A stretch of 64,000 nt of DNA from an uncultured Acidobacteriaceae bacterium (GTDB taxonomy: Bacteria; Acidobacteriota; Terriglobia; Terriglobales; Acidobacteriaceae), in the NCBI GenBank assembly GCA_963838345.1, contig CAWIQU010000008.1, forward strand, positions 442,305-506,304, in the 5' to 3' direction. Position 1 is the stretch's first letter, and the number at the start of each line of letters is the position of its first letter. Shown one piece after another: positions 56,209 to 64,000 of this stretch. The notes under the pieces are model-generated. The model was not told the DNA's origin and searched no databases. It saw only the letters and a list, made by a program, of their open reading frames with translations. A program made the position numbers and the translations under genes.

Positions 56209-57405
56209 ATGTTTTACAAAATCGGTGGATTCCGTACCGTTGCGCTAAGAGCCAGCCTGATAGTGCCAATGACGGTATTGTCTACTGGCACGGTGCTGAT
56301 GGCGCAGGCACCGACCGCGGCGCCGGCGGCTGCGGCGCGTCAGCTCGGCACCGTCACGGCGGTTGCCGGAAACAGCCTTACCCTGAAGACGGATGCAGGC
56401 CAGGAGGTCACTGTCAGTGTGGCCGATGGAGCGCGCATCCTGCAACTGGCGCCCGGCAGCACCGATCTGAAGACGGCACAGACGATCACCTTAGCAAATA
56501 TTGCGGTTGGCGATCGCGTGCTGGTGAGCGGCAAAGCCGGCGACACCGCGAGCGCCTTCTCGGCATCGCGCGTGATCCTGATGAAGTCAACCGACATTGC
56601 ACAGAAGCACGAGATGGAGCAGGCGGACTGGCAGAAGCGTGGGACCGGCGGCATTGTTAGCGCGGTTGACGCGGCCACCGGCACGCTGACTGTCTCAGTC
56701 GGCGCCAAGAAGATCGCTGTAAACACTTCCAACACAACCCAGTTCCGTCGCTACGCCGGAGACTCCGTGAAGTTTGAGGATGCGAAGCCTGGGACGCTGG
56801 CACAGATACAAGTAGGCGATCAGCTTCGTGTCCGTGGGGCGAAGTCGGACGATGGGTCATCCATTCAGGCGGAAGAAATCGTCAGCGGATCGTTCAAGAA
56901 TTTTGCTGGGCTGATCGCAACGATCGACGCCGCAAAGGGAACCCTGACATTGAAGGATCTGGCGACAAAGAAGACGGTCACGGTGTCGATCACGGCGAAC
57001 TCGAATGTGAAGACACTGCCGCCCCAGGCTGCTGCGATGTTTGCGGCTCGCGCGAAGGGCGGAGCTACCGGTGCAGGTGGGTCCGGCGGGGCGGCTCCGC
57101 AGGGAGCAGGTCAGGCCGATGCATCGGGAGGAGGACGGCCCGGTGGTTCGGGGCGGTCGGCCGGAGGAGACCTCTCTCAACTGGTGAGCCGACTACCGAA
57201 TAAGACGCTCGCAGATCTCAAGGTGGGCGATGCGGTGATGATTGTGGCGTCGCAGCCCGACCCGGGCAGCGCGACTGTAACAGCTGTAACTTTGCTGTCT
57301 GGAGTTGAACCGATTCTAGCGGCGACGCCAGGCGCACCCTCGATGACGCTGTCTCCCTGGTCTCTAGGTGGCGAAGGGGCCCCTGAAGGTGGCGGCGGGC
57401 AGTAA
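56209..57405 (+). CDS. DUF5666-like repeated beta-domain secreted protein
   Basis: Signal peptide; three G.V.AV....LT.......V.....T.......L.DLKVGD.V.V repeats; Gly-rich linker. Confidence 0.7.
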   Translation: MFYKIGGFRTVALRASLIVPMTVLSTGTVLMAQAPTAAPAAAARQLGTVTAVAGNSLTLKTDAGQEVTVSVADGARILQLAPGSTDLKTAQTITLANIAVGDRVLVSGKAGDTASAFSASRVILMKSTDIAQKHEMEQADWQKRGTGGIVSAVDAATGTLTVSVGAKKIAVNTSNTTQFRRYAGDSVKFEDAKPGTLAQIQVGDQLRVRGAKSDDGSSIQAEEIVSGSFKNFAGLIATIDAAKGTLTLKDLATKKTVTVSITANSNVKTLPPQAAAMFAARAKGGATGAGGSGGAAPQGAGQADASGGGRPGGSGRSAGGDLSQLVSRLPNKTLADLKVGDAVMIVASQPDPGSATVTAVTLLSGVEPILAATPGAPSMTLSPWSLGGEGAPEGGGGQ

Positions 57406-57456
57406 TTCTTTGCAGGTTCACGAACGGCAACGATGAATACTTTTTGAGGAGTAGTA

Positions 57457-60400
57457 ATGTCATTTCGCGCAACGTTGAAGATTGCTTTACTTTTTTTTAT
57501 GGCTTTGACGCCTATGGTTGCGACTGCCCAGCAGACTGGAGCTACGGTGCATGGGCTGGTTGCCGATCCTGAGAATGCGGTGATTCCTGGAGCGACGGTG
57601 ACGTTCACGCCGGCTTCGGGCAAGGCATTGATCACGCAGTCGCAGAACGACGGAACGTACGTGCTGCGCGGTGTTCCGCCGGGGACTTATGCGGTGACGG
57701 TGACGATGCAGGGTTTTGCGTCCTTCGTGAAAGCGGGCGTGAAGATTACCGCAGGGCAGAACCTCACCCTCGATGTGCAGATGACAATTCAGGAGCAGAA
57801 GCAAGAGGTAAATGTGACGACGACAGCGGCACAGGTGAGCGTCGATGCCGACAATAATGCCAGTGCAACAGTGCTCAAAGGCAAGGATCTCGATGCCCTT
57901 TCGGATGATCCCGATGAACTCTCGTCAGAGTTGACCGCGCTGGCCGGGCCTGCAGCAGGGCCGAACGGCGGCCAGATTTATGTGGATGGATTTACCGGCG
58001 GGCAGCTTCCTCCCAAGTCGTCGATTCGCGAGATCCGTATCAATCAGAATCCGTTTTCCGCGCAGTACGATCGCCTGGGTTATGGACGAGTGGAGGTCTT
58101 CACCAAGCCGGGTACGGACAAGTTTCACGGGCAGTTCAATCTGCAGGGCATTACCTCGGCCTTGAACACAAGCAACCCTTTATTGAATGAGTTCAACAGC
58201 CCGGGGCAGCCGACTCAGACGCAGCCGCCGTATCACACGATCTTTGTACTTGGAAATATTACGGGCCCTCTTGCGAAGAATGCGTCCTTCACCTTATCCG
58301 GGTCTCATCGCGCGATTCAGGACAATAACCTGGTGAGCGCAACGATTTATAACCCGACGATTTTGGGTGACACGACCCTTACGTGCCCCCCTGGCCTGAT
58401 ATCGTGCAACTATTCCGTCGCGAATCCTGCACCGCAATCCAGAACCGACATCACTCCGCGAATCGATCTTGCGCTGGGTGAAAAGAATACCCTGGTAACC
58501 CGCTTCCAATACGAACAGAACGATCAGACCAATGTTGGTGTCGGCGGTTTGGTACTGCCTGACGCAGGCTACTATTCAAGCGCTTCCGAGACCACGATCC
58601 AAGTAGTCGATACCCAGATTCTGAGCCAACGCATCATCAACGAGACACGATTTGAGTATCAGCACGAGTCTGCAACCCAGACCGCTCTCAACACGACGCC
58701 GACGATCCAGGTGTCGGGCGACTTCACGGGCGGCGGATCAAATTCTGGCAACTCGTCAACGCCCGAGAACCATTTCGAAGCGCAAAATTACACCTCGATT
58801 CAGCTGGCGAAGAACTTCATTCGGTTGGGAGGGCGGCTGCGGTCGACGAGTGAAACAAACACCACAACTGCGGGAGCGAATGGACAGTTCAACTACAACT
58901 GTCTGTTGACTGCGGGTTGCACGGCGGGACCTACCGGTTTGATACCGTCGTACGAGGCGAACCAGGCCAGCCAGTTCAGCATTACTCAGATTCTTCATCC
59001 GGTCAGCGCGACGCTCGTCGATCTTGGTCTGTATGCCGAGGACGATTGGAAGGCGCGTCCGAACCTGTCCATCAGCTACGGCGTCCGGTACGAGACGCAG
59101 AACCATCTTACGGACCATCACGACTTTGCGCCGCGCGTGTCAATTCGCTATGGACTGGGCAGGGCGAACAGTACGCCGAAGACTGTCCTTAACGCTGGCT
59201 TCGGAATCTTCTATGACCGTTATCAGCTGGGCAACGTGATTACCACGCTCCAATCAAACGGCACGAACCAGATACAGACGCAGATTGTGAATCCGAGCGC
59301 CACTTGCACGCCGGAAAACATCGCTGCCTGCACGGGAGGCACCGCATCCGCAGGCAACAAGACGGTACAGGCGTCCCCGAACCTTCGAAGTCCCTACACG
59401 TTGCATTACGCGTTCGGCGTGGACCAGCAGCTCTTTCGCGGAGCAACGTTGTCGCTGAACTATATCCTTGCGAACGGCGTGCACCAGTTTTATACCGCGA
59501 ACCTGAACTCGCCGACGGGCTTCGTCAATGGCCAACCTGTGTATCCAATACCGCCTGCGCCGGGTCAACACCCCCTAATTCAGGATACGTACGAGTCAGG
59601 AGGCGTGTATCACCAGCAGCAGCTGATCGCCAATGTGAACATTCGCCCAAGCCGGATCTGGTCTGTCTCGGGCTATGGTGTGTTTAATACTGCCAAGGCC
59701 GATACCGGCACGATAAACACATTTCCGTCCGTCGATCCCTACGATATCGGGAAGGACTACGGGCGGGCGGTCTTCGATGTTCGCTATAGGTTCTTCCTGT
59801 TTGGCAACCTGTCGCTTCCTCACGCGATCAGTGTGAGCCCCCTGATGATTTTTTCGGCAGGTACACCGTATAACATCACGACCGGCAGCGACTTGAACGG
59901 CGACGGTCAATACAACGACCGGCCGATGTTTGGGCCAGCCAACGGCATCGCGCCCGGCACGTCTGGAACGAACACGATCGCGGGTTGCGGCAGCTTCGTT
60001 TCGCCGCCTCCCTATACGTCCTACACTCCTATTCCAATCAACTACTGCACAGGGCCGAGCCAGTTCGTAACAAATCTGCGTATTACCAAGACGTTTGGTT
60101 TTGGGCCCGCGACTGGAGCTGCGGCTCAGGGACGAGGTCAAGGTCAAGGCGGTCCGGGTGGACCCGGCGGACCGGGCGGTCCTGGTGGCCCTGGCGGCGG
60201 ACGAGGTGGTCCCGGCGGCGGTGGTGGTGGACGTGGCGGCGGAGGTGGCGGCGGCTTTGGTGGTGGTGGCGGCGGCACGGGCAAGCGATACAACCTCGCG
60301 TTCGGCGCCCAGATCCAAAACCTGTTCAACAACGTTGATGTTTCAACGCCGAACGGGGTTCTGACATCGCAGCAGTTCGGCAGATCGACGCAGCTGGCTG

Positions 60401-60465
60401 GCAATCCGTTTACCAGCAACTCTGCTCCGCGGCGTATCTCCCTGCAGATGGCCTTCAACTTCTAA
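57457..60465 (+). CDS. TonB-dependent receptor-like outer membrane protein with Gly/Pro-rich insertion
   Basis: Carboxypeptidase regulatory-like N-terminus; LDALSDDPDEL...YVDGF...REIRINQNPFSAQYD plug; ends RISLQMAFNF. Confidence 0.85.
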   Translation: MSFRATLKIALLFFMALTPMVATAQQTGATVHGLVADPENAVIPGATVTFTPASGKALITQSQNDGTYVLRGVPPGTYAVTVTMQGFASFVKAGVKITAGQNLTLDVQMTIQEQKQEVNVTTTAAQVSVDADNNASATVLKGKDLDALSDDPDELSSELTALAGPAAGPNGGQIYVDGFTGGQLPPKSSIREIRINQNPFSAQYDRLGYGRVEVFTKPGTDKFHGQFNLQGITSALNTSNPLLNEFNSPGQPTQTQPPYHTIFVLGNITGPLAKNASFTLSGSHRAIQDNNLVSATIYNPTILGDTTLTCPPGLISCNYSVANPAPQSRTDITPRIDLALGEKNTLVTRFQYEQNDQTNVGVGGLVLPDAGYYSSASETTIQVVDTQILSQRIINETRFEYQHESATQTALNTTPTIQVSGDFTGGGSNSGNSSTPENHFEAQNYTSIQLAKNFIRLGGRLRSTSETNTTTAGANGQFNYNCLLTAGCTAGPTGLIPSYEANQASQFSITQILHPVSATLVDLGLYAEDDWKARPNLSISYGVRYETQNHLTDHHDFAPRVSIRYGLGRANSTPKTVLNAGFGIFYDRYQLGNVITTLQSNGTNQIQTQIVNPSATCTPENIAACTGGTASAGNKTVQASPNLRSPYTLHYAFGVDQQLFRGATLSLNYILANGVHQFYTANLNSPTGFVNGQPVYPIPPAPGQHPLIQDTYESGGVYHQQQLIANVNIRPSRIWSVSGYGVFNTAKADTGTINTFPSVDPYDIGKDYGRAVFDVRYRFFLFGNLSLPHAISVSPLMIFSAGTPYNITTGSDLNGDGQYNDRPMFGPANGIAPGTSGTNTIAGCGSFVSPPPYTSYTPIPINYCTGPSQFVTNLRITKTFGFGPATGAAAQGRGQGQGGPGGPGGPGGPGGPGGGRGGPGGGGGGRGGGGGGGFGGGGGGTGKRYNLAFGAQIQNLFNNVDVSTPNGVLTSQQFGRSTQLAGNPFTSNSAPRRISLQMAFNF

Positions 60466-60481
60466 CGAACAGTAGACAGAC

Positions 60482-60520
60482 AAAAGGGGTGCAATCAGCG
60501 ATTCGATTGCCCCCTTTCTG
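60482..60520. terminator. Probable bidirectional terminator between the convergent TBDR and hmgA
   Basis: AAAGGGG(T)GCAATC / GATTGCCCCCTTT stem with A-rich and T-rich flanks. Confidence 0.65.
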
Positions 60521-60545
60521 TTTGACGAACCGGCCCAAACCGTCA

Positions 60546-61844
60546 TCAACTCGCTGGCTTGAAGTTCTTCTTTAACGTCTGCCAGCAGGTGTAGTACTCG
60601 TGCTGGCGGGCGGCGGTGTCCATGGCGAATTTCGTGGGACGGCAGACGAAGCGAGTCTCGAACATAAAGGCGAGCGTGCCGTCGAGTTTCACTGGCTTCA
60701 GTTCGGCGGTGCTTGCGCGCGCGAAGGTCTCGGCGTCGGGGCCGTGCCCGCTCATACAGTTGTGCAGACTGGCTCCGCCCGGAGTAAAGCCCTCGGCCTT
60801 GGCGTCGTATTCGCCCTGGATGAGGCCCATAAACTCGTTCATGAAGTTGCGGTGAAACCAGGGTGGACGGAAGGTATGTTCTGCGACGATCCAGCGCGGC
60901 GGGAAGATCGCGAAGTCCACGTTGGCCGTGCCGGGAATCTCGCTAGGCGAGGTGAGAACCGTGTAGATCGACGGGTCCGGGTGATCGAAGCTGACGGAGT
61001 TGATGCAGTTGAAGCGTGCGAGATCGTATTTGCACGGCGCGTAGTTGCCGTGCCATGCAACGACGTCGAGCGGGGAGTGGTCGAAGTCGGTCGCCCAAAG
61101 ATTGCCTTGAAACTTAGCAACGACCTGGAAGCTGGCGTTGTCGCGGTCGTCGTAGGCGGCGTGCGGGGTGAGGAAGTCGCGGCTGTTGGCCAGGCCGTTC
61201 GCACCGATTGCGCCCAGTTCAGGCAGGCGGAAGCTGGCGCCGTAGTTCTCGAGGAGATAGCCGCGAGCCTGCGGTTCGAGCAGCTCGACACGGAACTTAA
61301 TGCCGCGGGGGACGAGGGCGATTTCGCCAGGGGAGAGGTAAAGGATGCCGAGTTCGGTGTGGAGCATGACGCGGCCGAGCTGAGGAACAAAGAGAAGTTC
61401 GCCGTCGGCGGAGTAGAAGAAGCGGTCGGCCATGCTTTTAGTGGCAGCGTAGATATGGATCGCAACGCCGGAGTGCATGGTGAGGTCGCCGTTGCCGGCC
61501 AGGGTGGTCAGGCCATCAACGAAGTCGGTTGGTTTGGCTGGCAGCGGGAGCGGGTCCCAGCGGAGTTGGCTGGGTGTTGTCTCGACTTCGTTGAAGGGAG
61601 ACGAGCGCACCATGCCGTTCGGGATGCGTTCGTAAGGTTTGTGCATGACCGAGGGGCGGATGCGGTAGGTCCAGGTGCGCCGGTTGAGCAGGCGCGGCGC
61701 GGTGAAGGGGCTGCCGCTCAACTGCTCGGTATAGAGGCCGAGCGGGGCCTTCTGGGGGGCATTCTGGCCCACGGGAAGGCCGCCTGGATGGGCCTCGGTG
61801 GCAAACTCGTTGCCGAAGCCGGTGAAGTACTTGAGATCGGGCAT
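60546..61844 (-). CDS. hmgA: Homogentisate 1,2-dioxygenase
   Basis: [58 protein letters not shown] and [10 protein letters not shown] motifs; GAGAGG SD. Confidence 0.95.
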   Translation of the reverse strand: MPDLKYFTGFGNEFATEAHPGGLPVGQNAPQKAPLGLYTEQLSGSPFTAPRLLNRRTWTYRIRPSVMHKPYERIPNGMVRSSPFNEVETTPSQLRWDPLPLPAKPTDFVDGLTTLAGNGDLTMHSGVAIHIYAATKSMADRFFYSADGELLFVPQLGRVMLHTELGILYLSPGEIALVPRGIKFRVELLEPQARGYLLENYGASFRLPELGAIGANGLANSRDFLTPHAAYDDRDNASFQVVAKFQGNLWATDFDHSPLDVVAWHGNYAPCKYDLARFNCINSVSFDHPDPSIYTVLTSPSEIPGTANVDFAIFPPRWIVAEHTFRPPWFHRNFMNEFMGLIQGEYDAKAEGFTPGGASLHNCMSGHGPDAETFARASTAELKPVKLDGTLAFMFETRFVCRPTKFAMDTAARQHEYYTCWQTLKKNFKPAS

Positions 61845-61958
61845 TATGGTCCTCTCTGGTGAAGATACGTCTGTGTTGACGGCTTCCATACGAGTGAACG
61901 GCACTTCGCAGGAACACCGTAGCTTAACCGAAAAGACGTGTCTCGTGCTTGTGGACGA

Positions 61959-63395
61959 TTAGCGCGTAGCAGGAGTTTCTGCTATGGATAGCAGATATGG
62001 CTTGCTGGGTGTGTCGCTCGCGGAACGAGCCGAGGCGATCACGACTGTCTTTGCATTGAGGAACTCGCGCATGCCGGCGGCTGAGAGCTCGCGGCCGTAG
62101 CCAGAATGTTTGATGCCTCCGAATGGAAGCCGCGGGTCGCTGGCAACCGTGGCGTTCAGGAAGACACCGCCGCACTGCAGCTCAGCGATCAGGCGCTGTT
62201 GTTCGACGGAATCGCGTGTCCAGCCGGACGCCGCCAGGCCAAAGGGCGTGTCGTTTGCGATCTCGAGGGCCTCGTTGAGGTCTTGCACGCGGAAGAGCAT
62301 AGCGACGGGGCCGAAGAGCTCCTCGCGGTAGACTGCGGAGGTGCGTGGCACACCGGTGAGGACCGTGGGTTCGAAGTAGTTGCCCTCGCCCACCATGCGC
62401 TCGCCGCCGGTGAGGATGCGCGCACCTACGCGAGTCGCTGCCTTGACCTGGGCCTCAAGCTGCTCAACGGCGCGAATCGTTGCGAGTGGTCCGATGTCAG
62501 TGCCTTCCTTCATCGGATCGCCGACGCGCATGGCCTCCATGCCCGCGACGAAGCGCGATTCGAAGGCGTCGTAGATCTCGTCCGCGATGATGAAGCGTTT
62601 GGCTGCGATACAGGACTGACCGCTGTTGACGCATCGCGCCCGCACAGCAGTTTCGGCGGCAAGGTCGAGGTCGGCAGACGGCATCACGATGAAAGGGTCG
62701 CTGCCGCCGAGCTCAAGGACGGATTTTTTGATGAGCCAGCCCGCCTGGGCGCCGATAGCGCGGCCAGCGGTCTCGCTGCCAGTTAGAGTGACAGCCGCAA
62801 TCCGCTCGTCGCCAAGTACAGTTTCGACCTGGTTGAGTTCGAGCAACAACGTCTGAAAGGTGCCACGTGGAAAGCCAGCGCGACGGACCAGGGCCTCGAT
62901 TGTGAGAGCGCATTGCGGGACGTTCGAGGCGTGTTTTAGCAAGGCGACGTTGCCTGCCATCAGCGCAGGTGCAAGAAAACGGAAGACCTGCCAGAAAGGG
63001 AAGTTCCACGGCATCACGGCAAGAACAATGCCTAGCGGATCCCAGCGCACGTAGCTTTGGTTATCGCCGGTAGGAATGGATTCCGCCGCGAGCATAGTGG
63101 CAGCGTGGTCGGCGAAGTAGCGGCAAGCGTCGGCACACTTCAGAATCTCGTAGCGAGCGGCTTCGAGTGGCTTGCCCATTTCGAGTGTGATCAGTGTGGC
63201 AAGATCTTCTGTCTCCTGCTCGAGAATGGCGGCGAGCTTGCGCATCCACAGAGAGCGGTGCTCCAGCGGGACGGCTGCGTAGGCGCGGAACGCAGCGGCG
63301 GCAAGGGCTATTTTTTGACGGGCGGCCTCGTCGCTGAGGGGCTCGAAGCGGCGTAGCAGCTTGTTGGTCGCGGGATTGATCGATTCGATTGCCAT
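61959..63395 (-). CDS. NAD-dependent succinate-semialdehyde dehydrogenase (Sad/GabD-like aldehyde dehydrogenase)
   Basis: ATG read directly on the minus strand (CAT at 63393-63395; the track label + is wrong). [33 protein letters not shown] and EELFGP motifs. Confidence 0.92.
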   Translation of the reverse strand: MAIESINPATNKLLRRFEPLSDEAARQKIALAAAAFRAYAAVPLEHRSLWMRKLAAILEQETEDLATLITLEMGKPLEAARYEILKCADACRYFADHAATMLAAESIPTGDNQSYVRWDPLGIVLAVMPWNFPFWQVFRFLAPALMAGNVALLKHASNVPQCALTIEALVRRAGFPRGTFQTLLLELNQVETVLGDERIAAVTLTGSETAGRAIGAQAGWLIKKSVLELGGSDPFIVMPSADLDLAAETAVRARCVNSGQSCIAAKRFIIADEIYDAFESRFVAGMEAMRVGDPMKEGTDIGPLATIRAVEQLEAQVKAATRVGARILTGGERMVGEGNYFEPTVLTGVPRTSAVYREELFGPVAMLFRVQDLNEALEIANDTPFGLAASGWTRDSVEQQRLIAELQCGGVFLNATVASDPRLPFGGIKHSGYGRELSAAGMREFLNAKTVVIASARSASDTPSKPYLLSIAETPATR

Positions 63396-63412
63396 TGCTC
63401 GGCGTATGTGGC

Positions 63413-64000
63413 TTACTCTGATGCTAGCTTAGCAAGAACAGTGGCCAGTACGTTTACTCCTCGGGCAATATCGGCTGGCGTAGCATATTCGTCTGGCCGG
63501 TGACTGACGCCGTTGCGGCAGGGGATGAAGATCATTGCGATGGGAGCAATCCGCGCCATGAAGAGCGAGTCGTGGTAGGCGCGGCTGACCATTTTTTTGT
63601 ATGCGATTCCTTTTTCTACGCAGATCTCCTCCAGAAGCTCGATGGTGTGCGGAGACGATTGCGCCGGTGCATCGGCGTTGACCAGCTCTTCTGCGATCGT
63701 AACCCTACGGCGTTGGCGTAGCTCCTCGCAGTCACGGCGCACGGCCTGCATAACGGACTCGCGTCGCGCCGGATCGGTGTCGCGAATATCGAGTTGCAAG
63801 ATAACGCGGCTGGGAACGCTGTTGACTGCGCCGGGATGGACGTCGCAGGTACCCACGGTGGCGACGGTGTCGATCGCTCCAGTGGCGAGAGCGTGCTTTT
63901 CGATGGATAGAATGAGTTCGGCGGCGGCGCACAGCGCGTCTTTGCGGTCCGGCATCAAGAGCGCTCCGGCGTGGCCGCCGAGACCGGTGATGGTGAAGCG
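63413..64000 (-). CDS. M20 family Zn amidohydrolase (allantoate amidohydrolase / N-carbamoyl-amino acid hydrolase-like), C-terminal part
   Basis: The frame stays open to the window end (RFTITGLGGHAGALLMPDRKDAL); PGAVNSVP, DIRD, SRAYHDS and IPC..GVSHRPDEY motifs. Confidence 0.88.
   Translation of the reverse strand, partial: RFTITGLGGHAGALLMPDRKDALCAAAELILSIEKHALATGAIDTVATVGTCDVHPGAVNSVPSRVILQLDIRDTDPARRESVMQAVRRDCEELRQRRRVTIAEELVNADAPAQSSPHTIELLEEICVEKGIAYKKMVSRAYHDSLFMARIAPIAMIFIPCRNGVSHRPDEYATPADIARGVNVLATVLAKLASE

Noticed and set aside
61959-63395. The ORF track labels the aldehyde dehydrogenase as + strand
   Set aside because: The sequence shows CAT at 63393-63395 and TTA at 61959-61961, so the protein is encoded on the minus strand. 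This is a track error, not biology.

Overview
A GC-rich chromosomal window whose gene content (three carboxypeptidase-regulatory-domain TonB-dependent receptors, an NHL/MBG/Ig surface protein, BlaI-M56, DUF5666) points to Acidobacteriota (Terriglobia, Edaphobacter/Granulicella-like; inference). From left to right it contains: a TIGR01777/SRPBCC pair; a KdgF-like cupin; a BlaI-M56-DegP operon with two copies of a palindromic operator; a PL4 rhamnogalacturonan lyase with an oxidative sugar-acid cluster; a LytS/LytTR-Sel1-SRPBCC-TBDR block with a recurring candidate LytTR box and a frameshifted TBDR; a TBDR-metallophosphoesterase-PI-PLC operon; tRNA-Pro(CGG); an OmpA-family protein; a ~1720-aa adhesin-like protein with an unusual C-terminal TM/basic/internal-lipobox tail; xanthine dehydrogenase-family genes; a 700-bp mosaic of intergenic repeats; an S53 peptidase; fucP; an osmolyte block (TM-helix protein, degenerate glucosylglycerate-synthase-like protein, GH15, treY, and treZ broken by a 14-bp insertion flanked by 11-bp direct repeats); a tricorn-like S41 protease; a DUF5666-TBDR pair; hmgA; a succinate-semialdehyde dehydrogenase; and a partial M20 hydrolase. 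No CRISPR array, integrase or transposase was seen. The ORF track gives the wrong strand for 61959..63395, which is on the minus strand. All family calls come from motif recognition by eye; no database searches were run.
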